Below, in pieces: positions 19,054 to 28,486 of a DNA stretch of 64,000 nt. Each line of letters begins with the position of its first letter. Position 1 is the first letter of the stretch. Below the pieces are notes generated by a model that saw only the letters and a program-made list of their open reading frames with translations, had not been told where the DNA came from and searched no databases. The DNA is from an uncultured Acidobacteriota bacterium (GTDB taxonomy: Bacteria > Acidobacteriota > Blastocatellia > RBC074), in NCBI GenBank assembly GCA_963796275.1, contig CAWCKY010000003.1:256001-320000 (forward strand), written 5' to 3'. A program made the translations under genes and the position numbers.

Positions 19054-20382
19054 GTGACAACCAATAAGGAAAATCTTCATCGCAAAATCGCGACGCGAAC
19101 CGCACGTGTAGGTGTGATCGGGCTCGGTTACGTTGGCTTGCCGTTGGCGGTCGAATTCGCGCGCGGTGGATTCGAAACCGTCGGATTCGAGGTCGATGCC
19201 AGGAAAGCTGATGCGATCAATCGCGGCGAATCGTACATTCCCGACGTTCCGACCCAGCACATAGTTGAACTGATCGCGGAAAAGAAACTGGCCGCGACGA
19301 CCGATTTTACGAAGCTGAAGGAACAAGAAATTATCATCATCTGTGTCCCGACGCCTCTGCGGAAGACAAAAGACCCGGATGTGTCCTTCATACTGGCTGC
19401 CGCAGAGAAATTCCAGGCGACGCTGCGCCCCGGGCAGCTCATCATTCTGGAATCGACGACTTACCCCGGGACGACCGATGAGGTCTTGCGCCCGATGTTC
19501 GACGAAACCGGATTGAAGATCGATGATGACTACTTTCTGGCATTCTCGCCCGAACGCGTCGATCCAGGAAACGAAAAATTCAACACCAGCAATATCCCAA
19601 AGGTCGTTGGCGGAGTCACACCGGCAAGCGGCGAAGTCGCAAGTGCTGCTTATGGCCATATCGTCGAGATGGTGTACTGCACCAGCTCAGCGCGTGTGGC
19701 GGAGGCCTGTAAACTGCTCGAAAATACGTTCCGCGCCGTCAACATTGGGTTGGTCAACGAACTCGCCCAACTGTGTCACACGTTGGGTATCGATACCTGG
19801 GAAGTTATTGGGGCGGCGGCCACGAAGCCTTTCGGGTTTATGCCGTTCTATCCGGGTCCGGGCATCGGCGGGCATTGTATTCCCCTCGACCCTCACTATC
19901 TTTCCTGGAAAGCGCGTATGCACGGATTTGAAGCCCGCTTCATATCGCTGGCTGAGGAGGTCAATTCCCGCATGCCGGAACACGTGGTCGAGCTGGTCAC
20001 GATGGGTCTCAATCAGCATCGCAAGCCCATCAACGGCTCGCATATTCTGATAATGGGCGTGGCCTATAAACGCGATATCGATGATATGCGCGAGAGCCCA
20101 GCGCTAGCGATTATCGAAAAATTACAGAAGCTGGGCGCTGTAGTCAGCTATCACGATCCTCATGTTGCGGAGATTCATCTCGAGGCGAAAGATGAGCAGA
20201 TGCGTGGGATCGGTCTGAGCGATGAAGTTGTGAGAGGTGCCGATTGCGTGGTGATCGTCACCGATCATCGCAAAATCGACTACAGGTGGCTGGTTCAACA
20301 CGCAAACCTCATCGTTGATACGCGCAACGCCACGCGCGGGCTGACCGATGAAAGCTCTGGCCGAAAGATCATTCGGCTGTGA
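19054..20382 (+). CDS. nucleotide-sugar dehydrogenase (UDP-GlcNAc/ManNAc 6-dehydrogenase family)
   Basis: GLGYVGLP, CVPTP, ESTTYPGTT, SPERVDPG, catalytic GGHCIP and RESP motifs. Confidence 0.92.
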   Translation: MTTNKENLHRKIATRTARVGVIGLGYVGLPLAVEFARGGFETVGFEVDARKADAINRGESYIPDVPTQHIVELIAEKKLAATTDFTKLKEQEIIIICVPTPLRKTKDPDVSFILAAAEKFQATLRPGQLIILESTTYPGTTDEVLRPMFDETGLKIDDDYFLAFSPERVDPGNEKFNTSNIPKVVGGVTPASGEVASAAYGHIVEMVYCTSSARVAEACKLLENTFRAVNIGLVNELAQLCHTLGIDTWEVIGAAATKPFGFMPFYPGPGIGGHCIPLDPHYLSWKARMHGFEARFISLAEEVNSRMPEHVVELVTMGLNQHRKPINGSHILIMGVAYKRDIDDMRESPALAIIEKLQKLGAVVSYHDPHVAEIHLEAKDEQMRGIGLSDEVVRGADCVVIVTDHRKIDYRWLVQHANLIVDTRNATRGLTDESSGRKIIRL

Positions 20383-20488
20383 GGTTGTTGCCTTTAAGCA
20401 TACGGCAGAACTTATTTTGCAGGGATGAAGTCGTAGAAGGATAAATCGTCTGCATTCTTCACATAATCGACGTCTGGAAGACGGCTTT

Positions 20489-22930
20489 CTATTTGACTAT
20501 CAGAACTTTGTGCATACCGACCGGCACCTTGAAGCTCGCCGCTGCTCCTGGGGATGTGCTGCCGAGCACTTTTTCGTCGACTGATACCGTAATCTTCCTC
20601 CCCTCGACCGCTTTCACCTTGACCTGAACCTGTTCTTTTGTTTCCACGATGAAATTTACGGCAAATTCGTTGTTACGATATGAGCGCAGTCGTACCGGCG
20701 CTTCGAATTCCAATTCCACATCGCCGTCCCGCTTAACCAAGGTTTTTTTAGGCCCGAGAATGACATCGAATTTTGCCCCCAGGTAGCTCACTCGCTCTAT
20801 TTTTGCCTCCTCGGTAACCGCTAAACTGCCGATCGCCAGCCCCGACCATAGGTCGACGCTCATCAATTCCTCGATACCCGGCCAGAAAACGAGCCACCCG
20901 AACGAAGCACGCTGTTTGCCGTCTCTCCCTTCGATTGGCCGGCCATCCGTGTTGGAGAAATGCTCAGACAATTTTCCGTTCATCTCCCATGATGATCGTC
21001 CCAGCGCGACGCTACGGCGCGCGAGCTCGGCGGCTTCATCGTTGTAGCCAAAGCGTCTCAATCCTGTATAAATCAGGTAATTGGCCACCGTCCAGACCGC
21101 TCCGCGGCCGGGGCTGTCGGCTGTGAAGGCCGGATCATCGCGCGCAATAAACGGCAGAAGCTGGCCGGTCCAGAATTTCTTGGGATCGATCAGTGTTTTG
21201 ATCATCCTCGACGCGCGCTCTTCACCCGGCAACCCCGCGATCAATGGGTAGAAATTTTCCAGCGAGAGCCGCCGCGAAAAACGCCCATCCCAGTGACGAT
21301 TGAGATAGAGCCCGTCTTCCTCACTCCACAACTTGTGATTGATATAATTCCGCAATCTCTCGTAGCGTATCTCGAGTTTTTGAGCCTCCGCTTTCAAGCC
21401 CAACACACGTGCGATGATCATCAAAATTTCGGTATCGAGAGCATAGAGCGAATTAAGGCCGACCGGCGTCAATTCGACGGTATGCGAAACGTCGTTGAAA
21501 TTCGCTTCATTCAATTCTTTATCTTCAGACAATATGGGTCTATCGTCTATCCCCGACTCGGAGAGGGCCAGTTTTGCTTTGACCCAGTTCGAGAGAGTTC
21601 GCGCGCCGAGCGCTCCCTGCTCGAGTTCGGCGTCGTAGCCCCATTCTATGAGACCGTCGCCGTTGCCATCGCGCCATGGTCTTCCATCGCTGCGATTGGC
21701 AAGCCACCAGTCATTCCAGCGCAGAAGGCGGGGATAAGCCCAGGCTAGAAGCTCAAGATCTGAAGTCTCGAGGTAGTATCTCCATACACATAATGCGCCG
21801 ATTGGAGGCATCGATCGTCCGGCCAGCGTGGCCGGTTCGTCGCGAGGCTGGCCAGTGAGATGCCGCCTCAGCGGTACGCGGCCGTCAGGCAACTGGCCTT
21901 CGAGCACCGCGCGAATTGATGCCTTTGTGTTATCTACGCCGATCATCGCCCCGAAAGCCGCGGCCATTAAGCTATCCCAACTCAGAATCGAGGAATCAAC
22001 GGAAGGCGCCGGTTTATTGCCCTGCAGACGATCGGGCGAACGATCCATTGCGATATATTCGAGCTGATTTTCGGGAGAGTAGAACCGGTTCCAGTTGATC
22101 ATACGGCTGACGATATCGATACTCGAGCCGAGCGCTCCGCTGCTCCGAGCTCGCGTCGAGGCGTAATTTTTTTCAGCCTGATCGAGCAGTTCGGCGATCG
22201 ATTTCTGGAGCACTTTAGACGCTTCGATCTCCATCGCATCGAAGTCATCCCCAATCATTGCAACGAAACTGAAAGAGGGCTCCTGGGATATTTCATATGT
22301 CAGGTTGGCGTATTGAAATAAACCAGGCCTGGTCGTCTGTCCGGGTTGTACGGGCGGGAGGTTATTAACCATCAGCTTTCGCATCTCCGCCTGATCGTCG
22401 TAATTTGCATATTGGAATGCGGGACGGTCGGTCCGCAGCAAGAACTTGCGCAAATTGGAATTCCCGTTCTGAACTTGTTCGCCCAGGATCGTCCGGCGGT
22501 CTGGTTGCGCAAGAAATGTCATTCGGCTCTCGCCCCAGGGCAGATAAGTCTCCATCGTAACGCGTACGCCTGTTGGCGCGGTCAAACGTCCGATGACGGT
22601 GTTCTTGCTCAGACGGCTCCAGCGCAGGATGACGGAGTTTTGTTTATCGAATTGCGTCTGCCAGTTTATGCTTGCGTATGAGCCATCCGGCGCGTTAGCG
22701 CCGAACTCGTAAGCGTCGGGCCTCTCCTCAATCGATGCACCCGGTCGGTAGACGAGAAAACGCAACCCGAAGAAGCTCTGTTCGTTGGCGATCAGGACGA
22801 GGCCGTTGACATGCCTGGGATCGTATGCGCCGATCAAAACGCGGTTTTCGACCGGCCCGTCAGCGGGAGCTGAGCTGGCAATCGCAAATATCAGAATTGC
22901 CGTTAAAATAGCTCTGCCGAATCTGCTCAT
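20489..22930 (-). CDS. secreted MGH1/GH63-like (alpha/alpha)6 glycoside hydrolase
   Basis: Signal peptide, WDS, RSMPP, ESGIDD, LNSLYALD, LWSEEDG and W...NYLIY.GLRRFG motifs. Confidence 0.7.
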   Translation of the reverse strand: MSRFGRAILTAILIFAIASSAPADGPVENRVLIGAYDPRHVNGLVLIANEQSFFGLRFLVYRPGASIEERPDAYEFGANAPDGSYASINWQTQFDKQNSVILRWSRLSKNTVIGRLTAPTGVRVTMETYLPWGESRMTFLAQPDRRTILGEQVQNGNSNLRKFLLRTDRPAFQYANYDDQAEMRKLMVNNLPPVQPGQTTRPGLFQYANLTYEISQEPSFSFVAMIGDDFDAMEIEASKVLQKSIAELLDQAEKNYASTRARSSGALGSSIDIVSRMINWNRFYSPENQLEYIAMDRSPDRLQGNKPAPSVDSSILSWDSLMAAAFGAMIGVDNTKASIRAVLEGQLPDGRVPLRRHLTGQPRDEPATLAGRSMPPIGALCVWRYYLETSDLELLAWAYPRLLRWNDWWLANRSDGRPWRDGNGDGLIEWGYDAELEQGALGARTLSNWVKAKLALSESGIDDRPILSEDKELNEANFNDVSHTVELTPVGLNSLYALDTEILMIIARVLGLKAEAQKLEIRYERLRNYINHKLWSEEDGLYLNRHWDGRFSRRLSLENFYPLIAGLPGEERASRMIKTLIDPKKFWTGQLLPFIARDDPAFTADSPGRGAVWTVANYLIYTGLRRFGYNDEAAELARRSVALGRSSWEMNGKLSEHFSNTDGRPIEGRDGKQRASFGWLVFWPGIEELMSVDLWSGLAIGSLAVTEEAKIERVSYLGAKFDVILGPKKTLVKRDGDVELEFEAPVRLRSYRNNEFAVNFIVETKEQVQVKVKAVEGRKITVSVDEKVLGSTSPGAAASFKVPVGMHKVLIVK

Positions 22931-23043
22931 AGAAAACCAAACAGGGGAGAATGATTGTTTTTTATCTGTGATGTAATCAGGGTGACCTTGATCAAGCTTA
23001 TTTATATTTGAATGAGGTTGCAAGCTGAAAAATCTGTGAATTT

Positions 23044-23790
23044 ATGGCGAATTATAATGATCTGAGCCTGCACGTCAGGCTCTTTATGAAAGGGTATCCG
23101 TTTTCACGTTATGCGATCACTCCAGTCCCTCGCGCGAAGCTGAGAAAGCCGGTGAGCTCTGCTCGCGTCGCCTTGGTGACGACCGCGGGTTTACACATCC
23201 CGGGACAGCCTGGCTTCGACCATTCGATTAAAAAAGGCGATACGTCGTTTCGTGAAATCCCGAATGAGGTGGACGTCCGGTCTCTCATTGAGTCGCATCG
23301 AAGTAATGCTTTCGATCACACGGGCATTGAAGCGGATGCGAATCTGGGTTTCCCGCTCGACCGTTTTCGCGAATTGGAGTCGGAAAATGTAATAGGCAAG
23401 TTGAACCATCGCCACTTCAGCTTTATGGGCTCGATAGTCGGCCCACGAAAGTTGATTGAAACGACGGCGCCTGAAGTCGCGCGGCGTCTGGTCGAAGATA
23501 ATGTCGATATAGCATTCCTGACTCCTGTTTGACCCATGTGCGTCCAGACGGTCGGTCTGGTTCAAGCGGCTATCGAGCGCGCGGGTATAACGACTGTTTC
23601 CATCTCATTGCTGAGAGAGGTCACCCAGGTGATTAAACCGCCGCGGGCGCTTTTTGTTCCATTTCGTATGGGATATCCGCTCGGCGCTCCTAATGATCCG
23701 GGGCTGCAGCACATGGTGATCGCATCGGCGCTGGCTTTGATTGAACGAAAAGATGTGCCCGTGCTCGAGGCTTTCAGTCCGGCTCTTTAA
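23044..23790 (+). CDS. PrdB/GrdB-like reductase selenoprotein, 248 aa, Sec at codon 163 (UGA 23530-23532)
   Basis: Track ORFs 23044-23532 and 23536-23790 are in the same frame, separated only by TGA-CCC; reads LTPV-U-PM-C-VQTVGL; family motifs VALVTTAG, D.N..FP.DR, FSFMG, PPRA and GYPLG. Confidence 0.88.
23544..23560 (+). promoter_or_regulatory. bacterial SECIS-like hairpin
   Basis: CCAGAC-GGTCG-GTCTGG begins 11 nt after the UGA; the loop starts with G. Confidence 0.75.
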
Positions 23791-23821
23791 ATCCGCAAAT
23801 GAAAGCCCGATCAATCGAGGC

Positions 23822-25108
23822 TCAACCTTCGCCGAGCATCTGCGGCGAATCGTTTCGCTCTAGATTCCGCGCCCGCGCGTGCCAGTATGCTGATGCGAAG
23901 ACGATGACCAGACCCGCGGCGAAGCCGGCCAGCACATCCGACGGCCAATGAACGCCGAGATAAACGCGGCTGGCGCCGATCAGGAGTACGAGGGACGCCG
24001 CGAGAATACGAAAACCCCAACGGTAGCGTGGAAAAGTTATTTCCAATAGGTAAGCGGCAGTGCCATAGACCGCCATTGAGACCATGGCGTGTCCGCTGGG
24101 AAAGCTATATGTATGCGGACGCGCAATCAGCTCCCATAAATCGGGCCGCTCGCGCTGAAACGAGATTTTGAAAATATGGTTGAGCGCGAAGCCGGAAACC
24201 ATGGCGAGCAGGATCGTAATTCCTGCGCGCCGCCGGCGGCAATGATTGAAAAAGAACAAGGCGAGAGACACCGAGACGAGGATCATCGCAGTTGCATCTC
24301 CAGCGTGTGTAACAATGCGCATCAACGTATCGAGCCAGGGAGTTGAATGGTCGTGGATCAGAAGCATGACACGTTCATCAAAATCTGGATCGCGATTCGC
24401 GTTAATCGCATAGCTCAATCGCACGAATAGCGCGATCAAGGCCAGGTTGAAGAGGATGATAGCTATTTCGCGCATCCGGAGCATTTTCGTCCCGGCGCGC
24501 TCGGCTCCGCTATCGATCTGATGCCGCCAGCGCGCCAGAATCATTACAGCGGAGCAGACGATGATGATACCGGCGATAAATAGCCCTGCGCGTCCCACCC
24601 ATTGTTCAATCAGCTGCCAACTATTGCCGAAGAAGTAACCGAGCAATGAAATCGCGGTTGCCCAAAGCAGCGCGCCGGATGCGTTGTATATCACAAACGT
24701 GCGCCAGCGCATCCGCGATATGCCGGCGAAGAGCGCGGCGAAGACCCGCAGCCCGGAGACAAATCGCGCCAACAGGATCGCCTTGTTGCCGTGCTTATCG
24801 AAGAATTGTTCGCCTGCCTCGATTCTCCCGGGAGTTAACCAGAAGTAGCGCCCATATCGTTCTATGAATGGGCGTCCCAGCCGGCGTCCCGCCAGATAAC
24901 CAAGATTGTCGCCCACAATCGCACCAGCTGTAGCAATGAGAATAACCAGGGGAAGCGAGAATCGGCCATGGGAGGCGAAAAAACCGGCTGCGAGTAGAAT
25001 CGTTTCGCCTGGAATCGGGATCCCCGCATTTTCAAGCATTACGCCGAAGAAAACTATGGGGTAGCCGTAGGTAGTAAAGAGGCTGATGATTCGAGAGAGT
25101 AACTCCAT
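23822..25108 (-). CDS. DedA/VTT - PAP2 phosphatase fusion membrane protein
   Basis: ENAGIPIPGE, GDN and ARF DedA motifs; K.SFQRERP, SFPSGH and SRVYLGVHWPSDV PAP2 motifs. Confidence 0.9.
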   Translation of the reverse strand: MELLSRIISLFTTYGYPIVFFGVMLENAGIPIPGETILLAAGFFASHGRFSLPLVILIATAGAIVGDNLGYLAGRRLGRPFIERYGRYFWLTPGRIEAGEQFFDKHGNKAILLARFVSGLRVFAALFAGISRMRWRTFVIYNASGALLWATAISLLGYFFGNSWQLIEQWVGRAGLFIAGIIIVCSAVMILARWRHQIDSGAERAGTKMLRMREIAIILFNLALIALFVRLSYAINANRDPDFDERVMLLIHDHSTPWLDTLMRIVTHAGDATAMILVSVSLALFFFNHCRRRRAGITILLAMVSGFALNHIFKISFQRERPDLWELIARPHTYSFPSGHAMVSMAVYGTAAYLLEITFPRYRWGFRILAASLVLLIGASRVYLGVHWPSDVLAGFAAGLVIVFASAYWHARARNLERNDSPQMLGEG

Positions 25109-25121
25109 GGCCGAAGAAGAC

Positions 25122-25205
25122 AGTTTTTAGTTTTCAGTTTTCAGTTTTAAGTCGCCGATTGAGACCAGCCAACTGAAAACTGAAAACTAAAAACTAAAAA
25201 CTGAA
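25122..25205. repeat. inverted heptamer arms
   Basis: (agttttt/agttttc)x4 - loop - (actgaaa/actaaaa)x5, filling most of the SDR to dedA gap. Confidence 0.9.
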
Positions 25206-25952
25206 TCAGGTTATGCTGCCGCCATCGATCGTCACGACTTCACCGTTCATGTAGCTATTCTTATCCGAGACCATGAAGGCCGCGAATTCCGCGAGTTCGT
25301 CGGGGTGTCCGCGGCGCCCCTTCGAGCACCAAAATTTATGCATTTCCAGCCAGCGCTCCGGCAATGCGTCGGATAGGTCGGTATCGAAAATCCCGGCCGC
25401 GATGGCATTGATTGTGATGCCGAATGCGGATGCTTCGCGCGATAGGCATTTGGTGAAACCGATAATGGCCGCTTTTGAAGTCGCATAATGCACGGCGGTC
25501 GGTAGCGCGCGCAATGCGCCGATGCTGCTCAGATTTAGGATGTTGCCGGCGCGCTGGCGCAGCATATGTTTATAGACCGGTTTGGTCACATTGAACACGC
25601 CGTTGACGTTTGTATCGATGACTTCATCCCATGCCCGCTCGGTGGTGGTTGCGAAATTATCGCTGCGATTGATCGCCGCGTTGTTGACCAGGATGTCGAT
25701 GCGCCCGAACTTTTCGTGGACCTGCCTCACCATCTTGATAATTCCAGGGCGGTCGGTGACCGAAACTTTGAACGCCATAGCGTGCTGACCCAACGACTCG
25801 ACTTTCTCGATCGTGGCAGCCGCTCGTTCATCGCTCATATTGTAATTGAAGGCGATATCGGCGCCTTCGCGTGCGAAGACTTCACATAATGCGCGACCGA
25901 TGCCGCGCGAACCGCCCGTGATAATTGCTTTCTTTCCTTCAAGTAGTCGCAT
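25206..25952 (-). CDS. SDR oxidoreductase, FabG-like
   Basis: TGGSRGIG, NNAA, YATSK and NGEVVTIDGG motifs. Confidence 0.88.
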   Translation of the reverse strand: MRLLEGKKAIITGGSRGIGRALCEVFAREGADIAFNYNMSDERAAATIEKVESLGQHAMAFKVSVTDRPGIIKMVRQVHEKFGRIDILVNNAAINRSDNFATTTERAWDEVIDTNVNGVFNVTKPVYKHMLRQRAGNILNLSSIGALRALPTAVHYATSKAAIIGFTKCLSREASAFGITINAIAAGIFDTDLSDALPERWLEMHKFWCSKGRRGHPDELAEFAAFMVSDKNSYMNGEVVTIDGGSIT

Positions 25953-25956
25953 AAGC

Positions 25957-27171
25957 TTAGCCTGCAGTCTGATAATTCTTCGATTCGATCTCCTGATCGG
26001 GTACAGCAACACGTTCTTCGAGTTTCCTCATCAATTCGTCGACGACCCGCCGCGTCGCATCGGGAATAGAGATGCGCGCAGCTGCGAGTCTCATCGCCGT
26101 ATGCTCCGCCGGATCGTAGACCAAATGGCGGATGACGGGTACTACATCGCTGGCTCGCTCGAGCAATATTCCTGCTTTGTGGCGCGAGAGCAGGTTTGCC
26201 GTGTGCGATTCCTGCGGCATCGGCCTGGTCGTCGTATCGGCGATGATCGGCAGGCGTGAGGCGAGCGCTTCGAATGTCGTTAATCCGCCCAGCTTTGAGA
26301 TCATGACATCGGCCGCAGTCATCAGCTTCTCCATCGCATTCGAATATCCGATAACTTTTGTCGGGAATGCGGCACGCCGCGTGATCGCGCCTACGCGTTC
26401 CCGCAATCCTTCATTGCGACCGGCGAGGAAGATAGCCTGAGTATCCTTGATCTTCTCGCTCTCATCGATCATCTGCTCGAAGATCTGAGGAATATTCCCG
26501 CCGCCCGCCCAGCCGGCGTTGATGAAGACGGTGAACCGGTCGGGATCAAGCCCCAGCTCGATGCGCGTGGCGACTTTATCTTCATCATTCTGGAACTGGA
26601 ATTTCGGATGAATTGGGATGCCGCAAATTTTGATCTTCTCAGCGGGAACATCGTAATCGAGCAATTGCTGCCGGGCCTCATCGCTGGCGACCAGATAAAG
26701 GCTGACGTCTTCACATGCCCACCCCCGCCAGAAACCGTAGCAGGGATCGGTGACGACCGTGACGAGAGGGATGCGATCGAGCAGACCCAGCTCGCGCAAT
26801 ATCCGCCCGAGGAAATGCTGCGTCATCGGATGGACGGAAACGACGACCTGCGGGCAGTATTTTTCGATCAACTGCAGCAGGTAACGCGAGGTCAGCCGGT
26901 AGAGCAGGTTCGATTCATTCGGGCGAAACCGCTCGATAGCCCAATAATAGTACTTCATCAAATGCTGATGATGGCGCAGGAGATAATTGTAAAACTCGGC
27001 TAGTTTCTCCGTGAGCAGGTTGGACTCTTCGAGCGCGCGCGCGATATTGACGAGACAATCGGAAGCGGGGAACCGCTTGAGGCCATCCGCTATGGCGTCG
27101 GCGGCGCTGGTGTGACCGCCTCCGGTTTCGGAGGTGATGATCAGGAACTTTTTTTGATTTTCGTTCAGCAT
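25957..27171 (-). CDS. MGDG synthase/UgtP-like diacylglycerol glycosyltransferase (GT28)
   Basis: GGGH, VSVHP, VVTD, GIPIHPKF, SKLGGLTTFEAL and QE motifs. Confidence 0.85.
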   Translation of the reverse strand: MLNENQKKFLIITSETGGGHTSAADAIADGLKRFPASDCLVNIARALEESNLLTEKLAEFYNYLLRHHQHLMKYYYWAIERFRPNESNLLYRLTSRYLLQLIEKYCPQVVVSVHPMTQHFLGRILRELGLLDRIPLVTVVTDPCYGFWRGWACEDVSLYLVASDEARQQLLDYDVPAEKIKICGIPIHPKFQFQNDEDKVATRIELGLDPDRFTVFINAGWAGGGNIPQIFEQMIDESEKIKDTQAIFLAGRNEGLRERVGAITRRAAFPTKVIGYSNAMEKLMTAADVMISKLGGLTTFEALASRLPIIADTTTRPMPQESHTANLLSRHKAGILLERASDVVPVIRHLVYDPAEHTAMRLAAARISIPDATRRVVDELMRKLEERVAVPDQEIESKNYQTAG

Positions 27172-27274
27172 TCTTTTTTCCTGATTCCGATGGCTAGATA
27201 AAAGAACACGGGTTAGGGCCACTTACTATTCACCCTTCTTTTATGCCGGTGCCAGATTGTTATTCATTTAAGGA

Positions 27275-28423
27275 TTAAGCCGTCCTCGGCGCCAGGATCG
27301 CATCGCCATCCGTCGCATGCGATCGTTTCAATTCCCGCTCCAGCTTTTTGATTTGAATGAGGTGCTTCGGGTTGAAGGGCAGCGAAGGATAATAGCAATT
27401 CGACTCGTGAGTGCAGTAGCATCCCTGTTTGATCTGTCGGCGCCTGACGGCGAGCTCGGGGGAATTCCAGAGAGCCCAAAAGTTCCAGTCGTAATCGCGC
27501 AAGTTGCCGACCGGGTCGAGATTCTCGCAACTCGATACAGTCCCTTCGTCATAGATCACGCCGCCTGTGGTCCCGGCGAAGCAGCGCAGCAGAGCCTTTT
27601 GCTCGAGCTCGGTCTGCGCGATCATCTCGTGCATATAAATATCGACGGCGGCTTTGAAATATCCGCCTTTGCCCTTGTAATGGTTCTTGATCACGCCCCT
27701 GCGCGAATCCTCGTCGATCATTGCCGCCAGTTTCCGATAGCGGCTGATGTCTATCTCCAACTCTTTCGCGTTTGCCGATGGGGGCCGAATGTAGTTAACG
27801 TTGATCTTGTCCGGTTTGAGCTCGTCTCGCAGGAACCCGTACCATTCGAAAATGCGATCCTGGTTCGAATTCATAAAACACGTGCATGTCTGAACATCGA
27901 GCCGGGGTATTTTCCTCTGGATATCCTGCAGCATTCGCGCCGTCTCTACCGCGCGGTCCCAGCTTCCGAGCTTGCCGCGGATCTTTTCGTGTTCTTCCTT
28001 CAATCCGTCGATGCCGAGCGCAACCGTGACATTCAAATTCGGGCATTCTTCGAGGATGCGTGTTACATCCGGGATTATTCGCTGCTGGATGCCGCCGTTC
28101 GACATGAGATAGACCGATTCGAGCTGGTTGTTCTTGTAGAATGCCCTGACCACTTGGGGCAGATCTTTTCGTGTGAATGGCTCGCCGCCCGCGATAATCA
28201 GAATCGGCAGCTTTCCGCCCAGGGTCTCACTGATGCGGGCGAGTTGATCGGTGGTCATCTGGAGTTTCTTGCGATCCTTGTCGTCCAGCTCTTCCGTGAA
28301 GAAGCAATGCGTACATCGCATATCGCAGACAGAGGTGATCAACAGGTTGAGGATGACCGGCGGAGTTACGCCGCCCATCAGCACACGCCCATATCGTTTG
28401 ATAAGTTCGAAATTGTAGTCCAT
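27275..28423 (-). CDS. radical SAM protein with SPASM/twitch domain
   Basis: CDMRCTHC, GGEP, and C-terminal CFAG...SSCE...GNL...CYCTHE. Confidence 0.9.
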   Translation of the reverse strand: MDYNFELIKRYGRVLMGGVTPPVILNLLITSVCDMRCTHCFFTEELDDKDRKKLQMTTDQLARISETLGGKLPILIIAGGEPFTRKDLPQVVRAFYKNNQLESVYLMSNGGIQQRIIPDVTRILEECPNLNVTVALGIDGLKEEHEKIRGKLGSWDRAVETARMLQDIQRKIPRLDVQTCTCFMNSNQDRIFEWYGFLRDELKPDKINVNYIRPPSANAKELEIDISRYRKLAAMIDEDSRRGVIKNHYKGKGGYFKAAVDIYMHEMIAQTELEQKALLRCFAGTTGGVIYDEGTVSSCENLDPVGNLRDYDWNFWALWNSPELAVRRRQIKQGCYCTHESNCYYPSLPFNPKHLIQIKKLERELKRSHATDGDAILAPRTA

Positions 28424-28486
28424 AAAGCACCAGCGATTATTAAATTGAAGGGTAGTGATTGGCTATTAAGCGTTGTTTGCAGCGCA

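Noticed and set aside
27317-28486. N-terminal ~390 aa of the 705-aa ORF, suggesting a giant MTase fusion
   Set aside because: It is the antisense shadow of the radical SAM gene; MTase-like sequence begins only at about 28487-28505.
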